Shown: positions 31,794-42,596, counted from the stretch's first letter. The stretch is DNA of 64,000 nt from Promethearchaeota archaeon (GCA_016839555.1 JAEOUA010000001.1:64001-128000), one strand, 5' to 3'. Notes: generated from the letters alone by a model not told the origin. Program-made: numbers and translations.

Positions 31794-32552
31794 TCACTTA
31801 ATACTTATAGGTTTTAATTCTTCTTCTGGCATGGAGGCCATTAATGAAATTACCGTTAATTTCATCTTAAGCATTTCTAGCACTTCCTCCCATAATTTTT
31901 GACAATGCTCAGACTCACCAGAAAGCCCAAAACTGTTTATTAATTCATTAAACTTAGATTCCAACCCTTTTTCTAATAATTCTTGGTTTTCTAAAGAAAG
32001 TTTTTGGGTTTCTAACCATTTATCAATTGATCTCTTTATTTGTATTTCCTCTTCTGAATTAAGTACATAGGTAACCTCTACCTCCTCATAATCTTCAATC
32101 TTTTCAACATACTCCTCATCCCCATATAAAGGTTTTATAAGGAGACTTAGATTGATAATTAAAGGTTCAAGTTTCAATCTTCCAAGGGATTCCGTTAAAA
32201 CATTCAGCACGATATCTTGCTGGGAGATTTTAGAATAAGTTATATATTCTTGAATAAAACGCATTATAATATTTTTAATTAGCAATTCTTCAAAATCTGC
32301 TAAGGATTTTACTTCAAACTCTAAGGTTTTTTTAAGAGTGATAAACACGGATTTCATAAATAGAGGGATTTCCTTAAAAATAACAAAATGTTGGATAAAT
32401 TGGTACGTGTAATCCAATAAGTTTAGTTTAAACCCTTCGGTATAGTCTCTCTCTTCAAGAATTGCTTCGAGTTCCGTATGATCCTCTGGGATAGATAAAA
32501 ATTGCTTTATTTTGTTACAGCTTTCTTGAATATAAGTTGAAACCATTCTCAA
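31794..32552 (-). CDS. Hypothetical alpha-helical acidic protein
   Basis: 252-aa ORF with no recognised motif. Confidence 0.7.
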   Translation of the reverse strand: MRMVSTYIQESCNKIKQFLSIPEDHTELEAILEERDYTEGFKLNLLDYTYQFIQHFVIFKEIPLFMKSVFITLKKTLEFEVKSLADFEELLIKNIIMRFIQEYITYSKISQQDIVLNVLTESLGRLKLEPLIINLSLLIKPLYGDEEYVEKIEDYEEVEVTYVLNSEEEIQIKRSIDKWLETQKLSLENQELLEKGLESKFNELINSFGLSGESEHCQKLWEEVLEMLKMKLTVISLMASMPEEELKPISIK

Positions 32553-32838
32553 TAAATAAAATAATATAAATTCTTTTTAAATTTTTCTTTTCAATAGGAG
32601 TTTATTTATTTGTATTTCTAATTTTTATAGTATTTTAAAGCTCTGTTTTGAAAAAAGTGCTGGAGTTAATGCTTTTGAACCATTTAATTTGGATAATATT
32701 AATAGCTACGCTGCTTTAATCGATGAAATTGGTACCAAATCAAATGCAGATAAATTCAATAGTTAATTTCAAATCCATCATTAAGATTTAATTTAAATAT
32801 AAAGCAATCGAAATCAATTTAATCAATGCTTTCTATTA

Positions 32839-34170
32839 TTATAATGGCGTTAATGCTGTAGAACCGTGCTTTTGAGCCGCATCAATGATTTCCATTATTT
32901 TTTCTTGTGGAATTGGAACTAAGTCAAATACAGTCATACCTGATAATTTCAATTCTGCTTTTACTGTTTCAGCTAGATTATTGCAATCACCAGAGAAATG
33001 TACTTTCCTCTTACCGAATTCTTTCTTGAGTTTCTCGCCAACTTCATCTATAGCACAATAGCCTGCTACTAAGCCTTTAGTATATCCTTCTTCTTTTAAT
33101 TGTTCTATAAGATTATTATTGTGACCTTTTCCCATTATAATGAACCATTTCTCAGGCTTAAATTTCTCAGGATAATCATAAGCTAACATTTGCAAAGTTG
33201 CTAACGGATTATTTTGACACCCTTCTCTACATAATAATTTCGTGCCTTTCACAATTTTAACATTTTCAGGAAATTCTTGGAGTAAGTCCCACTCGTATTT
33301 TTCTTTGTAGTCCTCTAAATTTTTTCCGATAACATTGATCTTGCTTAAATCACCTTCGCCTAATCCTCTCTCGTATGCTATTTTTAAATGAGGTATCTCG
33401 TCAATTGTTAACCCAAATACTCTTGCCCCTACTACATCGACGGCTAAAGTGTCCCTTCCTCCGATTAAAATATTAAATTGCTTAACAAGGCGATCTTCAA
33501 ACGCAGTTGGTGGGTAATGCCCATGAATGGTACCCTCTGTTCCGTCAATAATAGTTATGTCTGGCTGGATATACTCATATACATCAACCAGCTTTGAATG
33601 TAAATTATAGTTATGATCTTTGCCCCGGTCTTCGTGTTGGGGAAATCCCCATTGATTCTTTATACCAAGCGTTACTCCTGCCATTGAATGAGTTTTCAGT
33701 TTCGGTAAATTTATATAGGTGATAGAATCCCTATTATTGATGATTTTTACGATCGTTGCTGGCAACCTGAAAGTCTTTAAATTGTATCCTTTTGCATCTT
33801 CTTTAACGCTTTTTTTGCCCTTGAATTCAAAGGTTTCTGTATCATTTTCATCCAGATATATGATTTTTGCGCCTTTTTTTTCACACACTTCTCTATATCC
33901 TGTCATCTCGAAAACAATTCGAGTCATATTTCCTTGAGTCGAATTTTCCATTACAATAACTTTCGCACCAATTCCTTGTAGATATTCTATTACCTTCTCT
34001 AATACTTCGGGAGAAGTATAACAATGTTTCCTGAAATCTATGCCATTAACTTTAATATAAACTTCCTTTGAGCTTTTTAAAATGGGTTCGGATTTTTCAA
34101 GATTTGAAAAAATTTCTTTAACAGCCGATTTTAACCCTTTTTTCGTATCAGAAATGTATACATCTGTCAT
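32839..34170 (-). CDS. DUF362 domain protein
   Basis: VYIKVN, TSPEVLE, INLPKLKTH..VTLGIKNQWG, IIDG..GT, DTLAVD. Cys-containing C-terminal extension (CREGC). Confidence 0.85.
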   Translation of the reverse strand: MTDVYISDTKKGLKSAVKEIFSNLEKSEPILKSSKEVYIKVNGIDFRKHCYTSPEVLEKVIEYLQGIGAKVIVMENSTQGNMTRIVFEMTGYREVCEKKGAKIIYLDENDTETFEFKGKKSVKEDAKGYNLKTFRLPATIVKIINNRDSITYINLPKLKTHSMAGVTLGIKNQWGFPQHEDRGKDHNYNLHSKLVDVYEYIQPDITIIDGTEGTIHGHYPPTAFEDRLVKQFNILIGGRDTLAVDVVGARVFGLTIDEIPHLKIAYERGLGEGDLSKINVIGKNLEDYKEKYEWDLLQEFPENVKIVKGTKLLCREGCQNNPLATLQMLAYDYPEKFKPEKWFIIMGKGHNNNLIEQLKEEGYTKGLVAGYCAIDEVGEKLKKEFGKRKVHFSGDCNNLAETVKAELKLSGMTVFDLVPIPQEKIMEIIDAAQKHGSTALTPL

Positions 34171-34294
34171 TATTTATTCATTTCCTATCATTTTATAATT
34201 AATATTAATTAGGGATGAAATAATATAAGATTTTTGATATAATTATGATAAAGAACAATAGAAATCACAAGAGAATCTTATTTATCTATAACGA

Positions 34295-34367
34295 ATATCG
34301 AAAAGGGTAAAACTTATATTATATAATAGAAATATTATTATTTTCGATATATTTTTATTCGATATAT
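34295..34367. promoter_or_regulatory. Repeated TTCGATAT boxes upstream of padR (candidate operator)
   Basis: ATATCGAAAA (34295-34304) is the reverse complement of TTTTCGATAT (34341-34350). TTCGATATAT is directly repeated at 34343 and 34358. Confidence 0.45.
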
Positions 34368-34434
34368 ACCTATCAAATTATAGAAAAATTGAAATTTATA
34401 TCAATTGAATTGAATTATTGCTTATTTTAAGCTT

Positions 34435-35016
34435 ATGACTCAGAGACTCAACAAAACAGCAGAAAAATTGGGAGAACAGATGAAAAAAGGGTTTATTAGT
34501 CATCTAATCCTCCTTGTTTTAAATAATAAACCTTTCCATGGCTATAAAATTATTCAAGAAATCGATAATCGCACTTTGGGGATGTGGAATCCCTCTACTT
34601 CTACTATTTATCATATATTGGAATTATTAGAAAAGAAAGAATTGATAGAATGCATTGAGAAGCAATCCGAAGGGAGACAAAAAAAGGTTTATGCGATTAC
34701 GGAAAAAGGAAGAAGTGCTTTAAAATTGCTAATTAATATATATAAAAATATGCAAGAAACGATGAAACGGATGATTCTTTCAAGTATTAGCCTAACTGAA
34801 GAAATAGATGAAAAAAAAGTTGAATACTTTTTACCACATGATCTTCATTTATTAAATATCAAGGAACTGGGTCCTCTGGATGATCAATTGCGTTCGTTAA
34901 AAATGAAAAAAATAATGATCACAGAACGCTTAAAACAGCTTAAGAGAGCAATAAGGCAAATTGATATTGAAATTGATCGGTTATCGATTAAATTAAAGAA
35001 TCAGGAGAATAAATAA
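34435..35016 (+). CDS. PadR family transcriptional regulator
   Basis: LILLVL..PFHGYKII, PSTSTIYHILELLEKKELI, RQKKVYAITEKG. Confidence 0.92.
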   Translation: MTQRLNKTAEKLGEQMKKGFISHLILLVLNNKPFHGYKIIQEIDNRTLGMWNPSTSTIYHILELLEKKELIECIEKQSEGRQKKVYAITEKGRSALKLLINIYKNMQETMKRMILSSISLTEEIDEKKVEYFLPHDLHLLNIKELGPLDDQLRSLKMKKIMITERLKQLKRAIRQIDIEIDRLSIKLKNQENK

Positions 35017-35019
35017 AAA

Positions 35020-36354
35020 ATGACTGAAAATATTATTGAAGTTAACAATTTAACTAAAATCTATGATGAAGGAGACGTACTCGCAGTTGATGATATAAGT
35101 TTGAATCTCAAAAAAGGAGAGATTTTTGCACTGTTAGGTCCCAATGGTGCCGGAAAAACAACCACTATTTCTATGCTTGCAACATTATTAAAGCCAACAA
35201 AAGGAACAGCTATAGTGAATTCTTATAATATTGAAGAGGAACCTGATAAGGTCAGAAAAAGTATCGGTGTTGTTTTTCAAGAACCTTCTCTTGACGGCGA
35301 CATGAAAGGGTGGGAGAATTTAGAACTTCATGCTATTTTGTATGGGATGTCTAAAAGTGAAAGAAGACAAAAAATAAAAGAAGTGTTAAAACTTGTTGAT
35401 TTGGATGATAAGGCGGAAATGTATGCAAAGAATTATTCTGGTGGAATGAAACGTCGATTAGAGATTGCAAGGGGATTAATTCACAATCCTCAAGTCTTAT
35501 TTTTAGATGAACCCACCTTAGGGTTAGATCCACAAACCAGGCGTAAAATCTGGGAAAAAATCAAGGAACTGAATGAAAGGCTTAATATGACGATCTTAAT
35601 TACGACCCATTATATGGAGGAAGCTGATGTGCTTGCCGATAGAATATGTATTATGGATCATGGCAAAATTATTGCCTTGGATACTTCGGAGAATTTGAAA
35701 CATAAATTATCGGGAGATATCATAGAGATTGCTTTAGATGAAATTAAAGATTTTTCCATCATCCATCGGATGATTTCAGAATTGAAAAAAATTACTGGGA
35801 TAAAAGATGTGAAATTTGGGGCTAAAGGCGAAGGAGGTATGGAAGACTTTGACTTTAAAATGCCTCAAGGCATGAAAGGTGTTAACCCTCAAATGATACA
35901 GCTAAGAATGCAAGAAATAATGTCTGATCCTAAAAAATTTGTAAGAGCTACTAAGAAATTTCCTATGGCTAATAATTTCTTTTCGAGAGCACCACTTCAT
36001 GCTAAAGAGCGCATTGCGAATCTTTTTAAAGACAATACGGAATTATTAAACGAATTACCTAAGAATATGAAAGAAACGATTTTAAAAATACACTCAGGTG
36101 AATATAAAGAAGAACAGAAAATGGGAGAACCTCTTTTGACAATTTCATGTGAAAATGGAGGGGAACAGCTCCCTGAGATTATTCAAAAAACTATTGCTTT
36201 TAATAATATAAAAATTAAATCAGTAGAGATGCATAATCCCACTTTAGAAGATGTTTTCTTGTTTTACACTGGTAGAGAAATTCGGGAGGAATCTTCCAAT
36301 AGAGTTAATGGAGTTAAAAAATTAATACAAATGAGACAGTTGAGGCGAGAATAG
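35020..36354 (+). CDS. ABC exporter ATP-binding subunit (DrrA-like) with a large C-terminal insertion
   Basis: GPNGAGKTT, YSGGMKRR, FLDEPTLGLDP, TTHYMEEAD, PTLEDVFL.YTGREIRE. Confidence 0.93.
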   Translation: MTENIIEVNNLTKIYDEGDVLAVDDISLNLKKGEIFALLGPNGAGKTTTISMLATLLKPTKGTAIVNSYNIEEEPDKVRKSIGVVFQEPSLDGDMKGWENLELHAILYGMSKSERRQKIKEVLKLVDLDDKAEMYAKNYSGGMKRRLEIARGLIHNPQVLFLDEPTLGLDPQTRRKIWEKIKELNERLNMTILITTHYMEEADVLADRICIMDHGKIIALDTSENLKHKLSGDIIEIALDEIKDFSIIHRMISELKKITGIKDVKFGAKGEGGMEDFDFKMPQGMKGVNPQMIQLRMQEIMSDPKKFVRATKKFPMANNFFSRAPLHAKERIANLFKDNTELLNELPKNMKETILKIHSGEYKEEQKMGEPLLTISCENGGEQLPEIIQKTIAFNNIKIKSVEMHNPTLEDVFLFYTGREIREESSNRVNGVKKLIQMRQLRRE

Positions 36355-37166
36355 TGAGTAGAACAGTAAGTAGTTTTGTAAAAATTGAAGGAAAAATGAG
36401 ATGGGAAGCCATTTGGATATTATCTAAACGAGAATTATTAGCGTTTGCAAGAAATAAAACTAGAATTATTACATCCATCGCTCAAGGACTATTATTCTTA
36501 TTTATATTTAGTGGGGGCTTTTTTTCATTGGATATTGAAATAGAAGGAGTGTCAATAACTCCAACAGCCTTTGTTGCAACTGGAATAATAGCGATGGCAA
36601 TCTTATTTAGCGGAGTGTTCGGTGGATTAGGAATTATTCGAGATCGGATGTTTGGGTTTATGCGAGAACTTCTTGTGTCGCCTATAAGTCGGAGAACTCT
36701 GATGACGGGTAAAACTCTAGGTGTAGCTTTACAAAGCTTGGTACAATGTTTAGTAATGGCTGTTATTAGTATCTCAATGGGATTTTTTGGGTATGATCTC
36801 AGTTTAATTTGGAGAACACTTCTCTTAATGCCTGTCGCATTACTCTTTAGTATGGGAGTTGTAGGTATTGGATTAACCATCAGCACTCGCTTAACAGATT
36901 TTCAGAGCTTTGGTCTAATTCAAACTTTTTTAATTATGCCTATGTTCTGGCTCTCAGGTGCGCTGTTTGCGTTTAATAATGTTCCAACAGTTATGCAGGT
37001 ACTAATGATGATAAATCCCATTTCTTATGGAGTTGATATCTTTAGATTTATAATTTTGGGAGTTTCATTCTTTCCGTTCTGGTTGGATTTATTAGTTCTT
37101 GTACTATTTGGTGCTATATTAATAGTAATCGGAGCCAAAAGTTTTTCAAAAATGGAGATTTCATAA
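36354..37166 (+). CDS. ABC-2 type permease (DrrB-like)
   Basis: Six TM segments, RDRMFGFMRELLVSP, MPMFWLSGALF, NPISYGVD. Overlaps the ATPase stop by 1 nt. Confidence 0.92.
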   Translation: MSRTVSSFVKIEGKMRWEAIWILSKRELLAFARNKTRIITSIAQGLLFLFIFSGGFFSLDIEIEGVSITPTAFVATGIIAMAILFSGVFGGLGIIRDRMFGFMRELLVSPISRRTLMTGKTLGVALQSLVQCLVMAVISISMGFFGYDLSLIWRTLLLMPVALLFSMGVVGIGLTISTRLTDFQSFGLIQTFLIMPMFWLSGALFAFNNVPTVMQVLMMINPISYGVDIFRFIILGVSFFPFWLDLLVLVLFGAILIVIGAKSFSKMEIS

Positions 37167-37396
37167 GCTAACTTTAAGAATAAGTTAAAACTTTTTTTCA
37201 TTTTCTTTATTTTGATAGCTCTTATCTTTATATAAATTTTTGAATTTTTTATTCTATTATAATATCATATAAGCCGAAATTAGTATATACCTTAGTACTA
37301 TGTTATATGAATAAATTATGTGAATCTATTTCATTTTCTGGCTTTCAGATGAAGATTTTGAATTAATTTATTTAAATTCATTTATTTATATTATTA

Positions 37397-39364
37397 ATGG
37401 ACTTAAGAAAGAATAGACCGATAATAATAGATTTTGAGCCAATATCTCGAAGAATTACTCTCACATCTCTGAAAAAGACATTATATGAAATATTGACAGA
37501 TCTTAATATTAAAATTAGATCCGAATGTGGGGGTAAAGGAACGTGCGGAAATTGTAGGATTAAGATACAAGAGGGTCAAAAATTTTTTCAAGCTCCCACA
37601 TCTGCTGAAGAAACTTTATTAAATGAGAAGCAACTCAGAGATGGATGGCGTTTAGCCTGTCAAACAACTATAAATAACGCAATGGAAGAAAAACTTCTTC
37701 AGAACACCCCTCCTCAAATCAAAATATTTCTTCCTGAAGATACTTTAGTTGAGGATTTTAAAATTCTTACCTCTGGCGCAGCAAAAGAGGTAGAACTAAA
37801 TCCCTCAGTAAAGAAAGTTTTTTTAAAGGTAAAAAAGCCAACATTAGAAAAGCCTGTTCCTGATGTAGAGAGGCTGATGGAGGAACTTTTCCAGATTAGA
37901 AACGATTTAACTTATCCAATCCAGATTGAATATGATTTATTAAAAGAATTACCTCATTTATTAAGGACAAATAATTCTGAAATAACTTTAACTATTTGGA
38001 ACGACGAAAAGATCATAGATTTAGAGCCCAATAATAAGGTTTCAAATAATTTTGGAATTGCGTTTGATATAGGGACAACCACAATAGTTGGGTATTTGAT
38101 TAATTTAAATAATCATAAAATCTATTCTGTCCATTCGAAATTAAACCCTCAAACGGCCTATGGAGAAGATCTTATCACTAGAATCACGTATATAAAAACC
38201 CATAAAGATGGTCTTCAAAAACTTCAGAATTTAGTCTTAGAGGCTCTAAATGAAATAATTAAGAAAACATGTGATGAGTCGAAAATTGATTCTTCTCAAT
38301 TATATGAAGCAACTATTGTGGGCAATTCTGTAATGCATCATATTTTTTTAGGATTAGACCCTGTGAATATTGGGTTAAGTCCTTATGTACCTATTGTCCA
38401 ACAAGGATTAAATATAGAGTCTAGAAATGTGAATTTAGATATTGCTAAGCATGGAAATATTTATACTCTTCCTTTAATCGCGGGATTTGTTGGTGCAGAC
38501 ACGATGGGTGTTATTCTCTCTTCTGAAATTTATAAAGAAGATAAATTATCATTGGCAATTGATATAGGCACTAATGGAGAAATTATTGTGGGCAATAAGG
38601 AATTATTAATTACAGGGAGTTGTGCGGCAGGTTCTGCTTTAGAAGGCGCTCATATAAAATATGGAATGAGAGCTGCTGGAGGCTCAATTGATTCTGTAAA
38701 AATTAATAAAAAAACTTTAAAACCAACTTATACTACAATTAAAAGAAAAAAGCCAATTGGTATATGTGGTTCAGGATTAATAGATGCTGTTGCTGAAATG
38801 TTGAGAGTAAAAATCTTAACCAGGAGTGGAAATTTCAATAAAGACCTTCTAGACCATGAAAGAATCATCATAAAAGATAAAAATAAAGAATTCATTCTTG
38901 CGTTTGAAGATGAAACTTTTTTAGATACTCCAATCACTCTATCTCTTGATGATATACGTCAGATTCAAATGGCTAAAGCTGCTTTTTATTCTGGAATGCG
39001 TATAATTCTTGATCATCTCAAAACTTCATTTGATAGAGATTTTGATATTGAGCAAATATTTTTAGCCGGTGCGTTTGGAAATTATATCGATAAAGAAAAT
39101 GCACGCTTCATAGGAATGATTCCAGATATTAAATCTGAAAAAATTTATCAAATTGGAAATGCTGCTGGGATTGGAGCACAATATTGTTTACTTAATAAAG
39201 AATTTAGAAAAAAAGCGAAAGATCTTTTACGGGATATTCAATATGTGGAAATTGCGGTCAAAAAGAGATTTCATAGAGAATATGCTGAAGCACTATATTT
39301 CCCCCATATGAATCTTGATTTCTTTCCAAGCTTAAAAATTTATAAAGAAATACCTAAACGGTAG
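37397..39364 (+). CDS. ASKHA-type reductive activator of corrinoid enzymes (RACo/AcsV-like, DUF4445) with N-terminal [2Fe-2S]
   Basis: CGGKGTCGNC..RLACQ, AFDIGTTTIV, NPQTAYGEDLITRI, AGFVGAD, DIGTNGE, CAAGSALEG, GICGSG, LAGAFG, GNAAG. Confidence 0.92.
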   Translation: MDLRKNRPIIIDFEPISRRITLTSLKKTLYEILTDLNIKIRSECGGKGTCGNCRIKIQEGQKFFQAPTSAEETLLNEKQLRDGWRLACQTTINNAMEEKLLQNTPPQIKIFLPEDTLVEDFKILTSGAAKEVELNPSVKKVFLKVKKPTLEKPVPDVERLMEELFQIRNDLTYPIQIEYDLLKELPHLLRTNNSEITLTIWNDEKIIDLEPNNKVSNNFGIAFDIGTTTIVGYLINLNNHKIYSVHSKLNPQTAYGEDLITRITYIKTHKDGLQKLQNLVLEALNEIIKKTCDESKIDSSQLYEATIVGNSVMHHIFLGLDPVNIGLSPYVPIVQQGLNIESRNVNLDIAKHGNIYTLPLIAGFVGADTMGVILSSEIYKEDKLSLAIDIGTNGEIIVGNKELLITGSCAAGSALEGAHIKYGMRAAGGSIDSVKINKKTLKPTYTTIKRKKPIGICGSGLIDAVAEMLRVKILTRSGNFNKDLLDHERIIIKDKNKEFILAFEDETFLDTPITLSLDDIRQIQMAKAAFYSGMRIILDHLKTSFDRDFDIEQIFLAGAFGNYIDKENARFIGMIPDIKSEKIYQIGNAAGIGAQYCLLNKEFRKKAKDLLRDIQYVEIAVKKRFHREYAEALYFPHMNLDFFPSLKIYKEIPKR

Positions 39365-39433
39365 GTAAATAAAAAATTAATATATTTTTATCAATATTAG
39401 TATGAAAGTAAAATTTAGATTTAATAAAGTTCT

Positions 39434-40210
39434 ATGCCGTCCCTAAAATTTAATAATAAAACAATTTATTATTTAATTAATAGACCAACCAATTTCAAAA
39501 AAGATGATAAAGCAGTTATTTTTATTCATGGATCGGGGGAGCATTCATTTATTTGGCAGCAACAAATTGAGGAAATAGATTTTAATATCCCATTAATCGC
39601 TTTAGATCTACCCTCACATGGAAAATCATCCAAATTTGAGCAGCTCTCTTTAGATTTATATGTAGAATCAATTAAAGAATTACAAAAGGAATTAAATATA
39701 GAAAAAGTAATTCTATGTGGGCATTCCTTAGGTGGTGCGATTGCTCAAACCTATTATTTTAAATACCCAGAAGATGTCATTGGTTTAATTCTCATGTCAA
39801 CTGGAGCAAAACTTCGAGTATTAAATGAAATTTTAAATAATACTAAAAATAATTTTAACCAATATTTAAAACAAATACCAATAGGATCTTTTCATCGAAA
39901 AACTTTAAAAAAAGTCATCTCAGAATATGTAAAAGAAATAGCGAAAATTAACCCAATAGTAGTTCATAGAGACTTTCAAATATGTCATAATTTTAATGTA
40001 ATGGATAAACTAGATTCTATTGAAGTTCCTTGTCTCATTATAGTTGGAAAAGCTGATATATTAACTCCCGTTAAATATCATAAATATTTTAATAAACATA
40101 TCAGATATTCAGAATTGCATATTATTGAAAATGCGGGTCATTCTGTAATGATTGAAAAACCAGTTGAAGTTAATAAATTCATTGAGGAATTTCTCCAAAG
40201 GTTTGACTAG
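39434..40210 (+). CDS. Alpha/beta hydrolase
   Basis: FIHGSG, DLPSHGKS, GHSLGG, GKADILTP, AGH. Confidence 0.9.
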   Translation: MPSLKFNNKTIYYLINRPTNFKKDDKAVIFIHGSGEHSFIWQQQIEEIDFNIPLIALDLPSHGKSSKFEQLSLDLYVESIKELQKELNIEKVILCGHSLGGAIAQTYYFKYPEDVIGLILMSTGAKLRVLNEILNNTKNNFNQYLKQIPIGSFHRKTLKKVISEYVKEIAKINPIVVHRDFQICHNFNVMDKLDSIEVPCLIIVGKADILTPVKYHKYFNKHIRYSELHIIENAGHSVMIEKPVEVNKFIEEFLQRFD

Positions 40211-40231
40211 AATGGAAAAGAAAACAAGAGA

Positions 40232-41035
40232 ATGATGAGAGAATATACTTATGGACCATTTCAATCAAGGAGATTAGGGCTCTCATTAGGTATAAATATT
40301 TTACCCGAACATGTTGTTTGTACATATAATTGTGTATATTGTGAAATCGGTCCAAAATCCAGGGATAGTTTAGTTTCTCCTGAACATAGAGTAAAATTGC
40401 CAGTAAAATCGCGTTTTAGAAAGGAATTAATCTCAGTTTCAAAATTTTTTCCACATCTTGATAGTATGAGTTTTTCTGGATACTTTGGTGAACCAACCTT
40501 AAATATGTATTTATTAGATTTCTTTAATATTGCGAAAGATGTAAGAAATAATAGAGAATGGAATGCGAAAAAGCCCAAATTGACCATTTTTACCAATTCC
40601 AGCACGTTATATAAAAAGAAGATACGAGATATTGTTGGAAGATTTGATTTAATCTTAGCAAAATTAGATGTAGCAAGCGATGAAGAGTTTATAAGAACAA
40701 ATCGTCCACATAAAGATGTTCCCTCAATTAGTGAAATAATTACTTCAATTCAAGAGCTAAGGAATGAAATGAATAGTAATAATAAATTAGCTATACAATG
40801 CTTAATCTATCAATCAAATAGAGAAAAGTTTGAATCAAATGATAATCCGAAAAATATAGAAAATTTAGCTAACGCAATAAAAAAAATAAAGCCTCATTAC
40901 GTTCAATTATATTCTATAGCTCGAATTCCGGCTGAATATTATGTGTTTGCTATAGATAATGCAAGAAAGCAGGAAATTATTAATAAATTTAAAGAAATTA
41001 TTAATGATAATTCGATCAAAATAGATTATTATTAA
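40232..41035 (+). CDS. Radical SAM Fe-S oxidoreductase (COG0731-like)
   Basis: YGPFQSRRLGLSLGIN, CTYNCVYC, GEPTL, FTNSS, AKLD. Confidence 0.88.
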   Translation: MMREYTYGPFQSRRLGLSLGINILPEHVVCTYNCVYCEIGPKSRDSLVSPEHRVKLPVKSRFRKELISVSKFFPHLDSMSFSGYFGEPTLNMYLLDFFNIAKDVRNNREWNAKKPKLTIFTNSSTLYKKKIRDIVGRFDLILAKLDVASDEEFIRTNRPHKDVPSISEIITSIQELRNEMNSNNKLAIQCLIYQSNREKFESNDNPKNIENLANAIKKIKPHYVQLYSIARIPAEYYVFAIDNARKQEIINKFKEIINDNSIKIDYY

Positions 41036-41130
41036 TCATTAATTCTGAGTTTTAATAATTTTAATTTTATAAAAGCTACTATTTAAATTAACTTAAAATT
41101 GAAAATTCATATATAGCTGAAATTTATATC

Positions 41131-42147
41131 ATGATAGAAAAATATATAGCAGGTTCAGATGTAGGAGGGACGTGGATTCGAGTAGCACTTAGTCCTTTAA
41201 CCCTAGAAAAAGATTCCATTCAAATCAAACAGGTTAAAACTAAAAAAGAAAATAAATATTCTATTAGTTCGCAAATATGTCAAATATTATCTGAATTAAT
41301 AGATGAATCCAATATTAAAAGACACCAACTATTGGGGTTTGGTTTAGCATCTGCTGGACCGTTAGATCTTAAAAAAGGTACATCATTTAATAGTCCAAAC
41401 TTAGGTTTCAAAGAAGTACCCTTAAAAGAACCCATAGAAAAAGAATTTCCTGATATCCCCTTTTACTTAATAAATGATTGTAATGCTGCTGTATTGGGTA
41501 TTCATTATTTTGAAGCAACAGAAGAAGAAAAGGATAATTTAGTATATATTACGATGTCGACTGGAATTGGGGGAGGTGTAATTTGTAATGGATATTTGGT
41601 TTTGGGAAAGGATGGAAATGCCGCAGAAATTGGACATAGTAAAGTTGCCCCAAAAAGTAATTACAAATGTGGTTGTGGAGCATATGGCTGCTGGGAGTCA
41701 ATTAGCTCGGGCACCGCTGTTAGAAAACGAACATTAGATGCTTTAAAAAATTCCGAATCTAATGCGGAAATATTATTGGAATTAATTAATAATGATAAAT
41801 CAAAAATTGGAGCAAAAGAAGTTTTCGAAGCAGCGCGAAAAGGAGATATATTATCCCGTGAAATCATTGATGAATGTGTGTTTTATAATAAAGTAGGAGT
41901 TGGTTTGATAAATGATCATTTTGATTGTAAAGCCATCTATTTTGGAGGAGCAATGATGAATGACCAAGATCTCCTCTTTGTTCCGTTACAAAAACAATTC
42001 CAAACAGAATCCATCGAATTTACAATAAATAAACCTCCAGAATTGAAAATTACTCAATATAGGAGCGAGATTGGAATTATGGGCGCCTTGGCATTGGTGA
42101 AATATAAAGTAGAAAATAACTCGGTAGTGAGTACTTATAATTTTTAA
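41131..42147 (+). CDS. ROK family sugar kinase
   Basis: DVGGT, AGPLD, NDCNAA, STGIGGG, AEIGH, CGCG..GCWE. Confidence 0.92.
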   Translation: MIEKYIAGSDVGGTWIRVALSPLTLEKDSIQIKQVKTKKENKYSISSQICQILSELIDESNIKRHQLLGFGLASAGPLDLKKGTSFNSPNLGFKEVPLKEPIEKEFPDIPFYLINDCNAAVLGIHYFEATEEEKDNLVYITMSTGIGGGVICNGYLVLGKDGNAAEIGHSKVAPKSNYKCGCGAYGCWESISSGTAVRKRTLDALKNSESNAEILLELINNDKSKIGAKEVFEAARKGDILSREIIDECVFYNKVGVGLINDHFDCKAIYFGGAMMNDQDLLFVPLQKQFQTESIEFTINKPPELKITQYRSEIGIMGALALVKYKVENNSVVSTYNF

Positions 42148-42353
42148 ATAAATGATTGTTTATTTCCACATCACTATTAATTATCGTAATTTACCTTAAA
42201 TAAAAACCTTTTAATTATTTAATTTAAAAAAATCTTAAAAAAATAATTTGTTACTTTTATAAGGAATATCACTATATTCTTTTTTGAGTAGATTTTAAAT
42301 TTTAATACCATAAAAATTTGATATTTAAGATATAATTATATAGTAGATCTGAT

Positions 42354-42596
42354 ATGACTGAGATTAAACTTAAAATACCAAAAAATTTGCTTAAAAAAAT
42401 GAAAAAACACCCGGAGATTAAATGGGAAACAATTGCTCAATCAGCTTTAGAACGTTATATTGAAAAAATTGAAATTACTGAGAATCTTACATCAAGTAGC
42501 AAATTGACTATAGATGATATTAATGAAATAAGTAACGAAATCACTAAAAGAAGTTGGCAACGACATAAAGAATATCTTGAAAAATTAAAACAATGA
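42354..42596 (+). CDS. Putative antitoxin (archaeal RHH/VapB-like)
   Basis: IKLKIPKNLLKKMKKHPEIKWETIAQSAL. ATGA overlap with the downstream PIN gene. Confidence 0.75.
   Translation: MTEIKLKIPKNLLKKMKKHPEIKWETIAQSALERYIEKIEITENLTSSSKLTIDDINEISNEITKRSWQRHKEYLEKLKQ

Noticed and set aside
32640-32770. Short coding-like stretch between the 252-aa hypothetical gene and the DUF362 gene
   Set aside because: No clear start and no recognisable motif.
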